Positions 31,021 through 43,617 of a stretch of 64,000 nucleotides of DNA are shown here, one piece after another. This stretch comes from an uncultured Candidatus Binatia bacterium (GTDB lineage: Bacteria > Desulfobacterota > Binatia > UBA9968 > CAXXLF01), in NCBI GenBank assembly GCA_965218425.1, contig OZ244621.1, forward strand, positions 2,464,001 through 2,528,000, in the 5' to 3' direction. The translations under genes and the position numbers were made by a program. The notes beneath the pieces are model-generated. The model saw nothing but the letters and a program-made list of their open reading frames with translations. It did not search any database and was not told the origin of the DNA. Position 1 is the first letter of the stretch. The number at the start of each line of letters is the position of its first letter.

Positions 31021-31092
31021 CCCGGATAATCCCCAAAAGGACCATGTTTGATTCCCGACGGAACCGGGTTCCTTTATTCAACTTCACTATCC

Positions 31093-32340
31093 ATGTTTAC
31101 CAAGACAGTTCTCGATAACGGCATTCGAGTCCTTTCGGAAGAAAGGTCAGGAATGAGGTCCGTTAGCCTGGGAATCTGGGTAGAAAATGGATCTCGCCAT
31201 GAGTCTCGCCAACAGGGGGGGATTTCTCACTTTATCGAGCACCTTCTATTTAAAGGCACAGAGCGACGAAGCGCGGCCCGGATCGCCGAAGAAATGGATG
31301 CCGTGGGTGGGGTCCTCAACGCTTTCACGGGTAAGGAGACCACCTGCTACTACGCCAAGGTGTTGGATGAAAACTTGTCTTTAGCCTTGGATATATTGAC
31401 GGACCTCTTTCTCCATTCAGTTTTCGATCATGAGGAGATAGATCGGGAAAGATCCGTTGTGATTCAAGAAATCTGTCAGGTGGAGGATGCCCCGGACGAT
31501 TACGTCCATGATCTGTTCAATCTGGATTTCTATGGAGACCATCCGCTGGGTCGGCCCATTTGCGGGGAAGTATCGACCGTCTCCAACTTCAAACGGGAAG
31601 AGTTCCTCAAGTTTGTTCGTGACCGCTATCTTCCGGGTCGAGTGATCATCGCAGGGGCCGGGAATTTGCGCCATGAGGATCTATTGGAGACGGTCAATCG
31701 AGATTTTTCCTCCCTCCAGGCGGGTCCTTTGACAGGAAAGTCCCTGCTACCCAAGTGCCATAAAGGAGTGTTCCGGCATTCCAAGGCCTTGGAACAGGTG
31801 CATCTGTGTCTCGGGGTCACCGGGATTCACCAGTCTCACCAAAATCGTTACGTGGCGTACCTTCTCAATACCATTCTGGGTGGAGGGATGAGTTCCCGCC
31901 TCTTTCAGGAGATTCGTGAGAAGAGAGGGAAGGCCTATTCTGTTTACTCCTTTTTGTCCTCCTATTGTGATGCGGGGTACACGGCGGTTTATGCTGGGAC
32001 CAAGCCCGAATGGGTGCGAGAGGTGGTGGAGCTCATCGTTACCGAGATGCGTCGTATGACAACAGCAAAAGTTACCCAGGACGAATTGGATCGGGCTAAG
32101 AGTCAGTTAATCGGGAATATGATTTTGGGGTTAGAGTCCACCGACTCTTGGATGAGTCACATTGCAAGGAGTGAGATTTATTTCGGTAAGGCCATCACCC
32201 AAGAGGAGATCTCGGCGGGCATACGTTCCGTCACCCTGGACGACCTCGTGGGGTTGGCGGCTAGGATCCTTCGCCCCGAGGAAGTTGCTCTAACCCTTTT
32301 GGGCGATTGCGATAAGATCCCCTTGGACCTGACCCTCTAA
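31093..32340 (+). CDS. M16B family zinc peptidase
   Basis: HFIEHLLFKGT, NAFT, GGGMSSRLFQEIRE; common location after pnp. Confidence 0.92.
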   Translation: MFTKTVLDNGIRVLSEERSGMRSVSLGIWVENGSRHESRQQGGISHFIEHLLFKGTERRSAARIAEEMDAVGGVLNAFTGKETTCYYAKVLDENLSLALDILTDLFLHSVFDHEEIDRERSVVIQEICQVEDAPDDYVHDLFNLDFYGDHPLGRPICGEVSTVSNFKREEFLKFVRDRYLPGRVIIAGAGNLRHEDLLETVNRDFSSLQAGPLTGKSLLPKCHKGVFRHSKALEQVHLCLGVTGIHQSHQNRYVAYLLNTILGGGMSSRLFQEIREKRGKAYSVYSFLSSYCDAGYTAVYAGTKPEWVREVVELIVTEMRRMTTAKVTQDELDRAKSQLIGNMILGLESTDSWMSHIARSEIYFGKAITQEEISAGIRSVTLDDLVGLAARILRPEEVALTLLGDCDKIPLDLTL

Positions 32341-32380
32341 TTTCCGCTATCCCTAATGCGAGTTTTCTGGACTGGCGCCA

Positions 32381-32839
32381 GTGGATGAGGTTGAAGTCCA
32401 AATAAAGTGTGTGCGCTGGAGGGGCCCTGCTCTCCCCCTGCCCAGCTATATGACGGACGGGTCGGCGGGGATGGACCTCTACGCGGATTTGGAAGCCGAT
32501 CTAAAGCTAGCACCGTTGCAGCGTGCCCTCATCCCTACTGGGATTGCAGTGGCGTTGCCCGTGGGATTTGAAGCACAAATTAGACCCCGGAGCGGTCTCG
32601 CCTTGAAACAAGGCGTCACCCTGGTCAATAGTCCAGGGACTATTGATTCAGATTACCGCGGTGAGATCCAGATGATCGCCATCAATCTGGGTGGTGAACC
32701 TGTGGTGATCAGCCGCGGACAAAGGATGGCTCAAATGGTGGTCCAGAGGGTCTGCCGCGCGCAATGGAAAGAGGTGGAATCTCTTCCCCCTACTCCCCGA
32801 GAGGATGGAGGGTTCGGTCATACAGATGAAAAAAAGTAA
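32381..32839 (+). CDS. dut: dUTP diphosphatase
   Basis: [29 protein letters not shown]. Confidence 0.95.
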   Translation: MDEVEVQIKCVRWRGPALPLPSYMTDGSAGMDLYADLEADLKLAPLQRALIPTGIAVALPVGFEAQIRPRSGLALKQGVTLVNSPGTIDSDYRGEIQMIAINLGGEPVVISRGQRMAQMVVQRVCRAQWKEVESLPPTPREDGGFGHTDEKK

Positions 32840-32917
32840 TATCCGGTTTTCAGCCGTCCAGCTCCAGTTTTCTGATCCCTGCTGAACCCCGGAATTTAGT
32901 AACCGAGTGCTGACCCT

Positions 32918-34210
32918 ATGATCGATCGATACAGTCGCTCTGAGATGGCGCAAATCTGGTCGGAGCGAAACCGATTTCAGATGTGGCTTGAGGTGGAAGT
33001 CTTGGCGGCGCAAGCCCTGGCGAGCCTCGGCAAGGTTCCGAAGGCATCGGCGCGCCGAATCAGGAAAAGTGCCCGGATCGATATCAAACGGATTCAAAAA
33101 ATCGAGGCGGATGTTCGTCATGAAATGATCGCCTTCCTGCGATCTTTAGCAGAAAGCTTGGGAGACGATGCGCGTTTTATCCATCTCGGATTGACCTCCT
33201 CTGACGTCATGGACACGGGTCTGGCCCTGCAGCTCAAAGAGGCGTCCTCGCTCTTAGTCAAAGACGTGAGAGAACTCATGAAGGTGCTGCGCCAACAGGC
33301 TTTTAAATATAAGAACACCCCCATGATCGGCCGAACCCACGGGGTTCATGCGGAACCCATCACCTTCGGCCTCAAATTCGCTCTCTGGTACGAGGAAATG
33401 CGTCGTAACCTGGGGAGGTTGGAGATGGCGGCGCGTGACATCAGCGTTGGAAAACTCTCCGGTGCCGTGGGGACCTTCGCCCAGATCTCTCCCAAAGTGG
33501 AGGCTTATATTTGCGAGAAGAGCGGGCTTATGCCGGACCCCATCTCAAATCAGATTATCCAAAGGGATCGACATGCATTTTTCTTTGCCACACTGGCGGT
33601 CATCGCCAGCTCCCTGGAAAAGTTCGCCGTGGAGGTTCGACACCTCCAGCGCACCGAAGTGATGGAAGCTGAAGAGCCCTTCGGCGCCCAACAGATGGGC
33701 TCCTCGGCCATGCCCCATAAAAGAAATCCGATTCTTTCGGAAAATATATCAGGTCTCGCTAGAATGGTGCGTTCCTACTCGGTGGCGGCCCTTGAAAATG
33801 TTCCCCTTTGGCACGAGCGTGATATCAGCCATTCCTCCGCGGAACGGGTAATCGGTCCAGATGCCACGATTCTACTTGATTTTATGTTACATCGAATTAC
33901 CTATGTCTTGAGAAATCTATGTGTCTATCCAGAGAATATGAAACGAAATTTAGAGCGTAGCGGCGGCGCCATCTTCTCAGAGAAGGTTCTCCTTCGTCTC
34001 GTGGATAAGGGCCTCGCGCGCGATGCGGCCTACCGGATCGTGCAGCGCCATGCTCTAAGGGTGCAAAAAGACGGGGGAGATTTTAAGCGGGAAGTCCTGC
34101 AAGACCCACAGGCCAGTAAATTTCTTTCCTCTGATGATATTAATGAGATATGGAAGGCCGAAGATCAGCTAAAGAATGTAAATCTCATCTTTGAGCGAGT
34201 CTTTCGCTGA
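32918..34210 (+). CDS. purB: Adenylosuccinate lyase
   Basis: MIDRYSR, GRTHGVHAEP, GSSAMPHKRNP. Confidence 0.96.
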   Translation: MIDRYSRSEMAQIWSERNRFQMWLEVEVLAAQALASLGKVPKASARRIRKSARIDIKRIQKIEADVRHEMIAFLRSLAESLGDDARFIHLGLTSSDVMDTGLALQLKEASSLLVKDVRELMKVLRQQAFKYKNTPMIGRTHGVHAEPITFGLKFALWYEEMRRNLGRLEMAARDISVGKLSGAVGTFAQISPKVEAYICEKSGLMPDPISNQIIQRDRHAFFFATLAVIASSLEKFAVEVRHLQRTEVMEAEEPFGAQQMGSSAMPHKRNPILSENISGLARMVRSYSVAALENVPLWHERDISHSSAERVIGPDATILLDFMLHRITYVLRNLCVYPENMKRNLERSGGAIFSEKVLLRLVDKGLARDAAYRIVQRHALRVQKDGGDFKREVLQDPQASKFLSSDDINEIWKAEDQLKNVNLIFERVFR

Positions 34211-34308
34211 AGGGGAAGAGCAGGTCGAACTGAGCCCTAAGGCTTGGGGACCCCTCGCCCTTGGTCCGGGAAGGCGGCAAGAGTCAATATCTAACGAGAG
34301 GAGAAACT

Positions 34309-35013
34309 ATGGAAAAGCGCGAAGCGATTTATGAGGGCAAGGCCAAAATCATTTATATCACGGACGATCCGGATCATGTCATCCAGTACTTCAAGGATGA
34401 TGCCACGGCATTTAATGCTGAGAAACGGGGAACCATTAAGGAAAAGGGGATCATGAATAACGAAATTTCAGCAGTCCTCTTTCGACTCCTGGAGGATCAG
34501 GGGGTTCCAACCCATTTCGTCAAAAGGCTGAACGATCGAGAGATGTTGGTCCGTAGGCTCGACATCATACCCGTGGAAGTGGTCATGAGAAACGTCATCG
34601 CCGGGAGTTTGGCCAAGCGGTTCGGAATGGAAGAAGGGGGTTCACTCGCCATACCGGTTCTGGAGCACTACTATAAGAGCGATCCCTTGGGGGATCCCAT
34701 GATCAACCTTTTTCATATTCGTGCCCTTGATATGGCCACGGACGCTGAAATGAAGGAAATTGAAAGGCTGAGCTTCTGGGTCAATGAAGTACTTAAGAAG
34801 TTTTTTGATGAACGGGATTTAATATTGGTGGACTTCAAGTTGGAGTATGGGCGCCATCACGGGAAGATTCTTCTTGGGGATGAGATCTGCCCGGACACCT
34901 GCCGCCTTTGGGAGAAAGGGTCTTTGGAGAAGTTGGACAAGGATCGATTCCGGCGAGACCTGGGAAAGGTAGAAGAAGCCTATCAGGAGGTTTGCCGAAG
35001 GGTCTGTGGCTGA
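34309..35013 (+). CDS. purC: SAICAR synthase
   Basis: YEGKAK, FKDDATAF, LVDFKLEYG, DEICPDTCRLW, DKDRFR. Confidence 0.96.
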   Translation: MEKREAIYEGKAKIIYITDDPDHVIQYFKDDATAFNAEKRGTIKEKGIMNNEISAVLFRLLEDQGVPTHFVKRLNDREMLVRRLDIIPVEVVMRNVIAGSLAKRFGMEEGGSLAIPVLEHYYKSDPLGDPMINLFHIRALDMATDAEMKEIERLSFWVNEVLKKFFDERDLILVDFKLEYGRHHGKILLGDEICPDTCRLWEKGSLEKLDKDRFRRDLGKVEEAYQEVCRRVCG

Positions 35014-35062
35014 GGGCAAGGTTGTCTCTCATGTTTCTTTTCCGATTGGAGCTGGATGTATC

Positions 35063-35305
35063 GTGCGCGCTAAAGTCTACGTAACCCCTAAGGAAGGTGT
35101 CTTGGATCCACAGGGTCAGACCGTTGAGCGTGCCCTTCACAGCCTGGGCTATGGTAACGTCCGGGGAGTCCGAATTGGCAAATACGTGGAGCTTGACATC
35201 GATACCTCTTCCCCTGCGCAAGCCCAACGTCAGATTCGGGAGATGTGTGATCGATTGCTGTCCAACCCCGTCATTGAAGACTGCACGTTTGAGATTCAAG
35301 ATTAG
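35063..35305 (+). CDS. purS: FGAM synthase subunit PurS
   Basis: VLDPQG, VRIGK, LLSNPVIE. Confidence 0.93.
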   Translation: MRAKVYVTPKEGVLDPQGQTVERALHSLGYGNVRGVRIGKYVELDIDTSSPAQAQRQIREMCDRLLSNPVIEDCTFEIQD

Positions 35306-35322
35306 TCCGTGAGGTTAAATCC

Positions 35323-36030
35323 ATGCGTTGGGGAGTGATTGTTTTTCCCGGCTCCTGTGACGACTACGACGTCTACTACTGCCTAAATGACGTGCTGGAG
35401 CAGAAGGTGGAGTTTGTCTGGCACAAGGATAAACTCAAAGGTTTATGGGACTGTTTGGTGCTGCCCGGTGGTTTTTCCTATGGAGACTATTTGCGCCCCG
35501 GGGCCATGGCCCGTTTCTCACCGGTCATGCAAGGGGTCATTGACTTTGCGGGCAAGGGTGGGTTGGTCCTTGGCATTTGTAACGGTTTTCAGATCCTGTG
35601 CGAGGCGGGACTCTTACCAGGGGCGCTGATCAAGAACGCATCCCTTAAATTTACATGCCGTCAAGTCTTCCTTAGCCTAGTGGAGGATCAAACTCCTTTT
35701 ACCTGCCTGGCAAAGAAGGGGGAATTGCTGAAGCTTCCAGTAAAGAATGGTGAAGGATGCTACTACGCCGATGTCGTCACTGTGGAGCGTCTCCAAAAAA
35801 ATCGACAGATTCTACTGCGCTATGTGGATTCCAAGGGGAAGACCTCGCCTTCCGCCAATCCCAATGGTTCCGTGGACCATATCGCCGGGGTGTGCAATGA
35901 AGGTAAAAATGTTTTCGGTCTCATGCCACACCCGGAGCACGCCGCCGAGAAGATTTTGGGGAATGAGGATGGTCTCAAAATTTTCACCTCGGTGATGGCT
36001 TCCTGTAATCCAGAAGGGAAAAGGGCATGA
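35323..36030 (+). CDS. purQ: FGAM synthase glutaminase subunit PurQ
   Basis: [23 protein letters not shown]. Confidence 0.95.
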   Translation: MRWGVIVFPGSCDDYDVYYCLNDVLEQKVEFVWHKDKLKGLWDCLVLPGGFSYGDYLRPGAMARFSPVMQGVIDFAGKGGLVLGICNGFQILCEAGLLPGALIKNASLKFTCRQVFLSLVEDQTPFTCLAKKGELLKLPVKNGEGCYYADVVTVERLQKNRQILLRYVDSKGKTSPSANPNGSVDHIAGVCNEGKNVFGLMPHPEHAAEKILGNEDGLKIFTSVMASCNPEGKRA

Positions 36031-38306
36031 ATCGCCCCAACGAAAAAGGGCTGTCACAGCCTTCCCTCTCGCCGGAGGTGATCGCCTCCCATGGACTCAC
36101 CGAGGAGGAATACCGGAAAATCTTGGATACCCTTGGTCGAGAACCCAATTTCACGGAGCTGGGAATATTCTCCGTGATGTGGTCGGAGCATTGCAGTTAT
36201 AAGAGTTCCAAAAATCTACTCAAGCAATTGCCAACGCGGGGTCCAGCCGTCATTCAGGGTCCGGGTGAAAATGCAGGTGTCGTCGATGTTGGAGACGGGC
36301 TGGCTGCGGTGTTCAAAATGGAGAGCCATAATCACCCGTCGTTTATCGAGCCCTACCAGGGAGCGGCAACCGGCGTTGGAGGGATTCTGCGCGATGTCTT
36401 TACCATGGGGGCCCGTCCCATTGCATCTCTCAATTCTTTGCGCTTTGGCAGCTTTGATGATTCCCGCACGACCTACCTGGTAAACGGTGTCGTGGCTGGG
36501 ATTGGCGGATACGGGAACTGCATGGGTGTTCCCACTGTGGGTGGAGAAGTTTTCTTTGACGATTCCTATAACTCGAATATTTTGGTTAACGCCTTTACCC
36601 TTGGAGTGGCCAAGAGGCGACGGATTTTTAAAGGTAGGGCCAAGGGAGCTGGTAACTCGGTGATGTACGTGGGGGCCAAGACCGGTAGGGATGGAATTCA
36701 CGGGGCCACCATGGCCTCCGAAGCCTTTTCGGAAGAGGCTGAGAAAAAAAGGCCTACGGTCCAGGTGGGTGACCCCTTCACCGAGAAACTCCTGTTGGAG
36801 GCTTGTTTGAAGGTTATGGAGGGGGACTCGCTGGTGGGGATCCAAGATCTGGGGGCGGCCGGCTTGACCAGTTCAGCCACGGAAATGGCCTCCAGGGGTG
36901 GCACGGGTGTGGAAATCGATCTTTCCGCAGTGCCGTCGCGGGAGTCGGGTATGAGCCCCTACGAGATACTGCTTTCCGAATCCCAAGAGCGTATGCTCCT
37001 GGTGGTAAAAAAAGGCAGGGAGGAGGAGGTTAGGCGGATTTGCAGCCAGTGGGATCTGGATGCCGTTGTAATCGGAAAGGTCGTTAAGAACCGGCAGTTC
37101 CGTGCCCTGTTTGGGGGCGCAGAGGTGGCGCGCATTCCCATCGAGGCGTTGACCTCGGAGGCGCCGGTTTATAACCGCCCTGCTGAGCGACCCAAGTACC
37201 AAGACGATGTCCAAACATTAGATCCAAGCAAAATCGATGAACCTGAAGATGTGGGAAGCGCACTCAAGCGGCTGTTGGCATCCCCTAACATTGCTTCCAA
37301 AGAATGGGTTTACCGACAATACGACTATATTGTGCGAACGAACACCGTTTTGGCGCCTGGTTCGGACGCGGCCGTCATTCGCATCAAGGGAAGCCGCAAA
37401 GGGCTTGCCCTCACCGTCGATGGCAACGGTCGCTATTGCTATCTGGATCCATACATTGGGGGAGTTTTGGCGGTGTCGGAAGCGGCTCGAAACCTTGCCT
37501 GCGTGGGGGCGCGACCACTGGGTCTGAGCGATTGCCTCAACTTCGGCAATCCGGAACGACCCGATGTGATGTGGCAATTTGCCCAGATTATCCAGGGTAT
37601 GCGTGATGGTTGTTTGGCCTTAAAGGTACCTGTTGTGAGCGGGAACGTGAGCTTCTATAATGAAACCAACGGGGTTTCCATTTATCCAACCCCTACCGTG
37701 GCCATGGTGGGGACTCTCCCCAAGGTGGAGAAGCATATGACACCATGGTTCAAGTCTGCCGGAGACCTCGTGGTCCTTTTGGGACGTACCCGAGAGGAGC
37801 TTGGGGGAAGTGAGTATCTCAAAGTCTTTCACGGGTTAGTGAAAGGGACCCCCCCATGGATTGATCTTAGGCTTGAGCGGTCAGTGCAACGGTGCTGTGT
37901 GAGGGCCATCGACAAAGGAGTCATTCACTCGGCTCACGATGTGTCTGAAGGTGGTCTTGCCGTGGCCCTGGCCGAGTGCTGCATCATTGGACCGGGGAAT
38001 GGTTTGGGAGTGAAGATTGAGCTCCATGAAATGATGCGCGTGGATGCTCTGCTCTTCGGTGAGTCCCAATCGCGAGTCATTGTTTCCGTGGAGGAAAAGA
38101 GCCTGAATTTACTCAGAGAGATTGCCGAAAAAGAAGGAGCACCCATGCAGGTGATCGGCGTCGTTGGAGGAAGCCGTTTCGCAATTCAACCCATGGTCCA
38201 TCTGCCAGTGGAGGAACTCAAGACCATTTGGGCTGGGGGCCTGGAAAAACAATTAACTGGAACAGGGGAGAAGAGTGCACAGCATGGATTCGTGGAGCCA
38301 TGGTGA
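36027..38306 (+). CDS. purL: FGAM synthase subunit PurL
   Basis: [31 protein letters not shown]. Confidence 0.96.
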   Translation: MNRPNEKGLSQPSLSPEVIASHGLTEEEYRKILDTLGREPNFTELGIFSVMWSEHCSYKSSKNLLKQLPTRGPAVIQGPGENAGVVDVGDGLAAVFKMESHNHPSFIEPYQGAATGVGGILRDVFTMGARPIASLNSLRFGSFDDSRTTYLVNGVVAGIGGYGNCMGVPTVGGEVFFDDSYNSNILVNAFTLGVAKRRRIFKGRAKGAGNSVMYVGAKTGRDGIHGATMASEAFSEEAEKKRPTVQVGDPFTEKLLLEACLKVMEGDSLVGIQDLGAAGLTSSATEMASRGGTGVEIDLSAVPSRESGMSPYEILLSESQERMLLVVKKGREEEVRRICSQWDLDAVVIGKVVKNRQFRALFGGAEVARIPIEALTSEAPVYNRPAERPKYQDDVQTLDPSKIDEPEDVGSALKRLLASPNIASKEWVYRQYDYIVRTNTVLAPGSDAAVIRIKGSRKGLALTVDGNGRYCYLDPYIGGVLAVSEAARNLACVGARPLGLSDCLNFGNPERPDVMWQFAQIIQGMRDGCLALKVPVVSGNVSFYNETNGVSIYPTPTVAMVGTLPKVEKHMTPWFKSAGDLVVLLGRTREELGGSEYLKVFHGLVKGTPPWIDLRLERSVQRCCVRAIDKGVIHSAHDVSEGGLAVALAECCIIGPGNGLGVKIELHEMMRVDALLFGESQSRVIVSVEEKSLNLLREIAEKEGAPMQVIGVVGGSRFAIQPMVHLPVEELKTIWAGGLEKQLTGTGEKSAQHGFVEPW

Positions 38307-38384
38307 TTCAAATGCAGTGGGACTATAATTGATAGGCCGCCGGCCCTAGGGGATATTCGATTACCGACTAACCAAGTGTAGGTT

Positions 38385-39812
<1,428 letters not shown>

Positions 39813-39814
39813 TC

Positions 39815-40019
39815 GGTTTGGCCCCGAGCCCGTGTTCGGGCAGTCAGACGCTTTACCAGCTTTCCACCAGGGTGAGCGGAGTTCTCCTCGGGGAGCGAGT
39901 CTTCAGGTCGTGGGCAATACGCCTGTGAATATCTGAACTTGCACGTTCGATGCCCACGCCCTTCATCCTCATTCCCCTCGTCGCTGATCGCGATTGGGCA
40001 AGGGGGCTTGGACCAAACT
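39815..40019. ncRNA. Candidate structured non-coding RNA (~200 nt; 6S-like or unknown)
   Basis: Nested long-range pairings 39816-39831/40004-40018, 39890-39899/39968-39977, 39909-39916/39951-39958; no convincing ORF. Confidence 0.4.
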
Positions 40020-40179
40020 AAGCAAGGAGTAGCAAGCGCTGAGCCCTGAGTGGGGAAAAGCTCAGGATTTTCTCCTAGCTTGCATTATTGCTATCTGATT
40101 ATAAACTCATCAGTGAGACTGCGGTTTGCGATGAAGGCTTGATGGCGTTTCCATTGGTCGGTACGGGAGAGTCTCGCGC

Positions 40180-40767
40180 GTGACTTCTCAAGAGATCATC
40201 AGAACGGCGGATTGTAAAATCAAAAGGCTAGCAGTTGCATTTCTTTTACTCATTTTCTTTTTCGGTGCTTGCTCCAGCCTTACCCCAGAATATGAGGTTC
40301 CATACATTCCCACACCCATGGCGGTGGTGGACCGTATGCTCGATCTGGCACAGGTATAAGGCGGTGATGTGCTATACGATCTAGGAAATGGTGACGGTCG
40401 TATCGTGGTCAGGGCGGCAAAGAGATTTGGGGTTCGTGGAGTTGGCGTGGATCTGGATCCGAGACTTGTCCAGCTACCTCGTGCCAACGCCCAAAAGGAG
40501 GGGGTGGAACATTTGGTTGAGTTCCGTGGACAGGACGAACTGGAAGTGGACGTCTCTCCTGCCGCGGTGGTGACTCTCTACCTGTCATCTCCGGTCAACA
40601 ACAGGCTCAAGCCAGGTCTAAGTAAACAGCTGAAGCCGGGCTCCAGGGTGGTGTCCCATGATTTTGCTATGAAAGGTTGGTCCTCCCCAAAAGTGGTGAG
40701 GTTGCCTGGAGGGCTCATTCATCAACACACGATTTACCTGTGGCGCGTAGATGATCAGCTAAGGTAA
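40180..40767 (+). pseudogene. Class I SAM-dependent methyltransferase with lipoprotein-like signal, interrupted by in-frame TAA at 40357-40359
   Basis: VPYIPTPMAVVDRMLDLAQV*GGDVLYDLGNGDGRIV...VVTLYL...RVVSHDF in one frame. Confidence 0.75.
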
Positions 40768-40787
40768 GGTTCGCATCTACTCGCATC

Positions 40788-41222
40788 GTGGGTGAGAAGT
40801 CAAAAAGGATGGATATCGCCGAAGCGCGAAACTTTGTATCCAAGCACCATCACGGGGTGCTGGTGACACGGAAGCGGGACGGAAACCTTCAGATCTCGCC
40901 TGTGTCGCCGGCTATTGACGCCAATGGGCGGGTAATTATTAGCAGCCGGGAGACGGCCTTTAAAGTTAAAAACCTCCGTCGCAGCTCGCGTGCCTCTCTC
41001 TGCGTGTTCACCGAGGCCTTTCATGGTCTCGGTTGGGTCCAGGTGGACGGTAAAGCCGAGGTGATTTCTCTTCCGGAGGCAATGGAGCTCCTGATGGATT
41101 GGCACCGCCGAGTCAAAGGGGAGCGCCAGTATTGGGATGAGTACGAGAAAACCATGGAAAAGCAGCGCCGGGTGATCCTTCGCATCGAGATCGAGAGCGC
41201 CGGACCACGGCAAAAAGGATAA
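40788..41222 (+). CDS. PPOX-class (split beta-barrel) flavin/F420-dependent oxidoreductase
   Basis: GVLVT...DG..Q.SPV, K..NLRR..RASL, QVDGKAE, RVILRI; start may be 40809. Confidence 0.8.
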   Translation: MGEKSKRMDIAEARNFVSKHHHGVLVTRKRDGNLQISPVSPAIDANGRVIISSRETAFKVKNLRRSSRASLCVFTEAFHGLGWVQVDGKAEVISLPEAMELLMDWHRRVKGERQYWDEYEKTMEKQRRVILRIEIESAGPRQKG

Positions 41223-41335
41223 CCATGAGATTCCAACGCCACCCTGTACTTATTCCCCTCCTTCTTGAACGCTTTTTCCTTTCCCTATAGTCAGTGAAAT
41301 GAAATTTAAAATCATTGCTCAAAGGGAGCGCCCAT

Positions 41336-42106
41336 ATGATTGAAGGACTAAAAGAGAAGGTGGTCATTGTTACCGGTGGTGCCCATGGCATCGGTAAAGC
41401 ATACTGTATGGGCTTTGGTGGGGCCGGCGCTCGGGTGGTGCTCGCCGATATCGACGGTGAAGCCGCCGCGCAGGTTGCTTCCCAAGTGATTCAGGAGACA
41501 GGGGCTCAGGCTCTGGCATTGGCGGTTGACGTATCTGACGAAAAATCCGCCAATGGGATGGCGGTCAAGACCTTGGAGCACTTTGGCAGGATCGATGTCC
41601 TGGTCAACAATGCGGCCATATTTGCCACCATCCCAATGAACCGCGGCAGGATCGAGACCATAGACCTCAAGGAGTGGGATCGATTGATGGCGGTTAACCT
41701 GAAGGGACCCTTTCTCTGCGCCCGTGCAGTGCTGCCCACCATGCGTGCCCAGAAGTCAGGGAAGATTATCAACATTGGATCTGGGACCGCGCTACTTGGG
41801 CCTCCCGGCCGGATTCACTACGTCGCCTCTAAGGCGGGTGTGCTCGGCATGACTCGGACCCTTGCAAGTGAGGTGGGCGAGGACAATATACAAGTGAATG
41901 CCCTTGTGCCGGGATCCACTCTTTCCGAAGAAAATCCAACCGAGGAGATTCTTCGAATGCGACAGCAAGGAATAGGCAACCGGGCGCTAAAACGGGTTCA
42001 GGTGCCAAAGGACCTAGTGGGTGCCATGCTCTTTTTAGCCTCGCCACTAAGCGATTTTATGACGGGCCATTCCCTGGTGGTGGATGGCGGTAGCGCAATG
42101 CGTTAG
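41336..42106 (+). CDS. Short-chain dehydrogenase/reductase
   Basis: TGGAHGIG, NNAA, YVASK, VDGG. Confidence 0.93.
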   Translation: MIEGLKEKVVIVTGGAHGIGKAYCMGFGGAGARVVLADIDGEAAAQVASQVIQETGAQALALAVDVSDEKSANGMAVKTLEHFGRIDVLVNNAAIFATIPMNRGRIETIDLKEWDRLMAVNLKGPFLCARAVLPTMRAQKSGKIINIGSGTALLGPPGRIHYVASKAGVLGMTRTLASEVGEDNIQVNALVPGSTLSEENPTEEILRMRQQGIGNRALKRVQVPKDLVGAMLFLASPLSDFMTGHSLVVDGGSAMR

Positions 42107-42187
42107 AATCTTCTTACCATCGCAGTGTTGTCCGACTTGGCGTGGATCTACCCGCGGTGCACGGTTTTAATAGCAAAAGGATTCACT

Positions 42188-43573
42188 GTGCCTTCAGACG
42201 AGAAGTTGATTGCAGAATTAGTACGACTGCTTACGCCAGATCAGGTTCTAACTGACCCGGTTCAGCTGGAGGAACACTCCTGGGATGCCCTCGGTGAGGG
42301 TAGGATTCATCCTCTAAGAAGACCCCAATCGGCTTTACCCTTCTGCGTCGTTCTACCAGCCACCACCGATGAAGTTCGAGAGGTTGTCGGGCTGGCCAAT
42401 TCGGAAAAAATCCCCATCGTTCCCTTTGGAGGCGGGTCAGGACTCATGGGGGGGGCCATCTCTCTCAGCCCCGGTATTGTTATGGATCTTGAGCGAATGA
42501 ATCGAATTTTAGACGTGGACGTGGAGTCGCGCATGGTGCGCGTTCAAGCGGGGAGGGTGCTCGAGTCATTGAATCAGGTATTGAACGAAAAAAATTTAAT
42601 TCTTGGTCATGATCCCTGGACCGTGCCGGTGGCTACCGTTGGCGGCACCATATCAACCAATGGCCTGGGATACCGCGGCGGAAAATACGGTTCCATGGGC
42701 GAGCAAGTTCTGGGACTCGAGGTGGTGTTACCCCAGGGCGAGATTTTCCGAACCCGTGCGGTTCCCAAATCCTCTACGGGGATCGACCTCGGACATTTGT
42801 TCATTGGCGGGGAGGGTTGTTTTGGCATCATTACGGAAGCGGCCTTGAGGGTTTTTCCTCTACCCGAAGAACGCTCGCTGGAGGCCTTTCGTTTTTCTTC
42901 CTTTGAGGCTGGCTTTAAAGCCATAAAGAAAATATATGGGCAGGGTCTGAAACCCTCGCTGATGGACTTCGGGGACGATGCCACCAAATTTGATGGCGGG
43001 GCAGTTCTCTATTTGGGCTTTGAGGGCGCGAAGGAGGCGGTTCGATTGGAGGAACAGATTGCCTCGGGAATCTGCCATGGGGGCGGCGGCAAAAAACTCC
43101 CTGGCGATGAGGCGGAAAGGTTTTGGGGTGAGCGTCATGTGGTGGCCCGCCGGTTTGTGGAAAATCGCCGGGGTAGGAGAGGGCGCATGCGGGATAATCT
43201 CTATCGAGATTTTATTCATGTTGCGCTACCCTTATCCGAGGTTTTAGCCTTCAGGAGAGCAGCAACAGAAGTGGTGGCTAAGTATGGGGTTCAATTACAG
43301 GAGAGCGGTTTGTGGACTCAGCCGGAGCTTTTCTCCATGCGTCTGGCTGCATCGGAGGGCGAGCAAAATCAGTCAAACCTCGAAACGGCCGTTGAAGAAC
43401 TTCTTGGTCTGGTCCAAGAGAGAAACGGTTCCATGGAATACTGTCACGGAGTGGGGGTCAAGCTTGCACCGTTTATGGCCGAAGAGCACGGTACGGCGCT
43501 GGAAGTCATGAAGCGGATTAAAAAGGTGGTTGACCCCAACCGCATTATGAACCCTGGCAAGATGAGCCTTTGA
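42188..43573 (+). CDS. FAD-linked oxidase (VAO/PCMH family; GlcD/alkyl-DHAP-synthase-like)
   Basis: PFGGGSGLMGG, ATVGG, GGEG.FGIIT, CHGVG, DPN.IMNPGK. Confidence 0.88.
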   Translation: MPSDEKLIAELVRLLTPDQVLTDPVQLEEHSWDALGEGRIHPLRRPQSALPFCVVLPATTDEVREVVGLANSEKIPIVPFGGGSGLMGGAISLSPGIVMDLERMNRILDVDVESRMVRVQAGRVLESLNQVLNEKNLILGHDPWTVPVATVGGTISTNGLGYRGGKYGSMGEQVLGLEVVLPQGEIFRTRAVPKSSTGIDLGHLFIGGEGCFGIITEAALRVFPLPEERSLEAFRFSSFEAGFKAIKKIYGQGLKPSLMDFGDDATKFDGGAVLYLGFEGAKEAVRLEEQIASGICHGGGGKKLPGDEAERFWGERHVVARRFVENRRGRRGRMRDNLYRDFIHVALPLSEVLAFRRAATEVVAKYGVQLQESGLWTQPELFSMRLAASEGEQNQSNLETAVEELLGLVQERNGSMEYCHGVGVKLAPFMAEEHGTALEVMKRIKKVVDPNRIMNPGKMSL

Positions 43574-43617
43574 TGCTAATTTTTGCCGCCAAAAGATAAA
43601 CGAGTCTTCACATCAGC

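Noticed and set aside
39855..39870. TCCACCA as a tRNA or tmRNA 3' end
   Set aside because: No T-arm at the right distance and no acceptor stem
40357..40359. Stop-codon recoding in the methyltransferase
   Set aside because: Codon is TAA at a non-catalytic position; not Sec or Pyl
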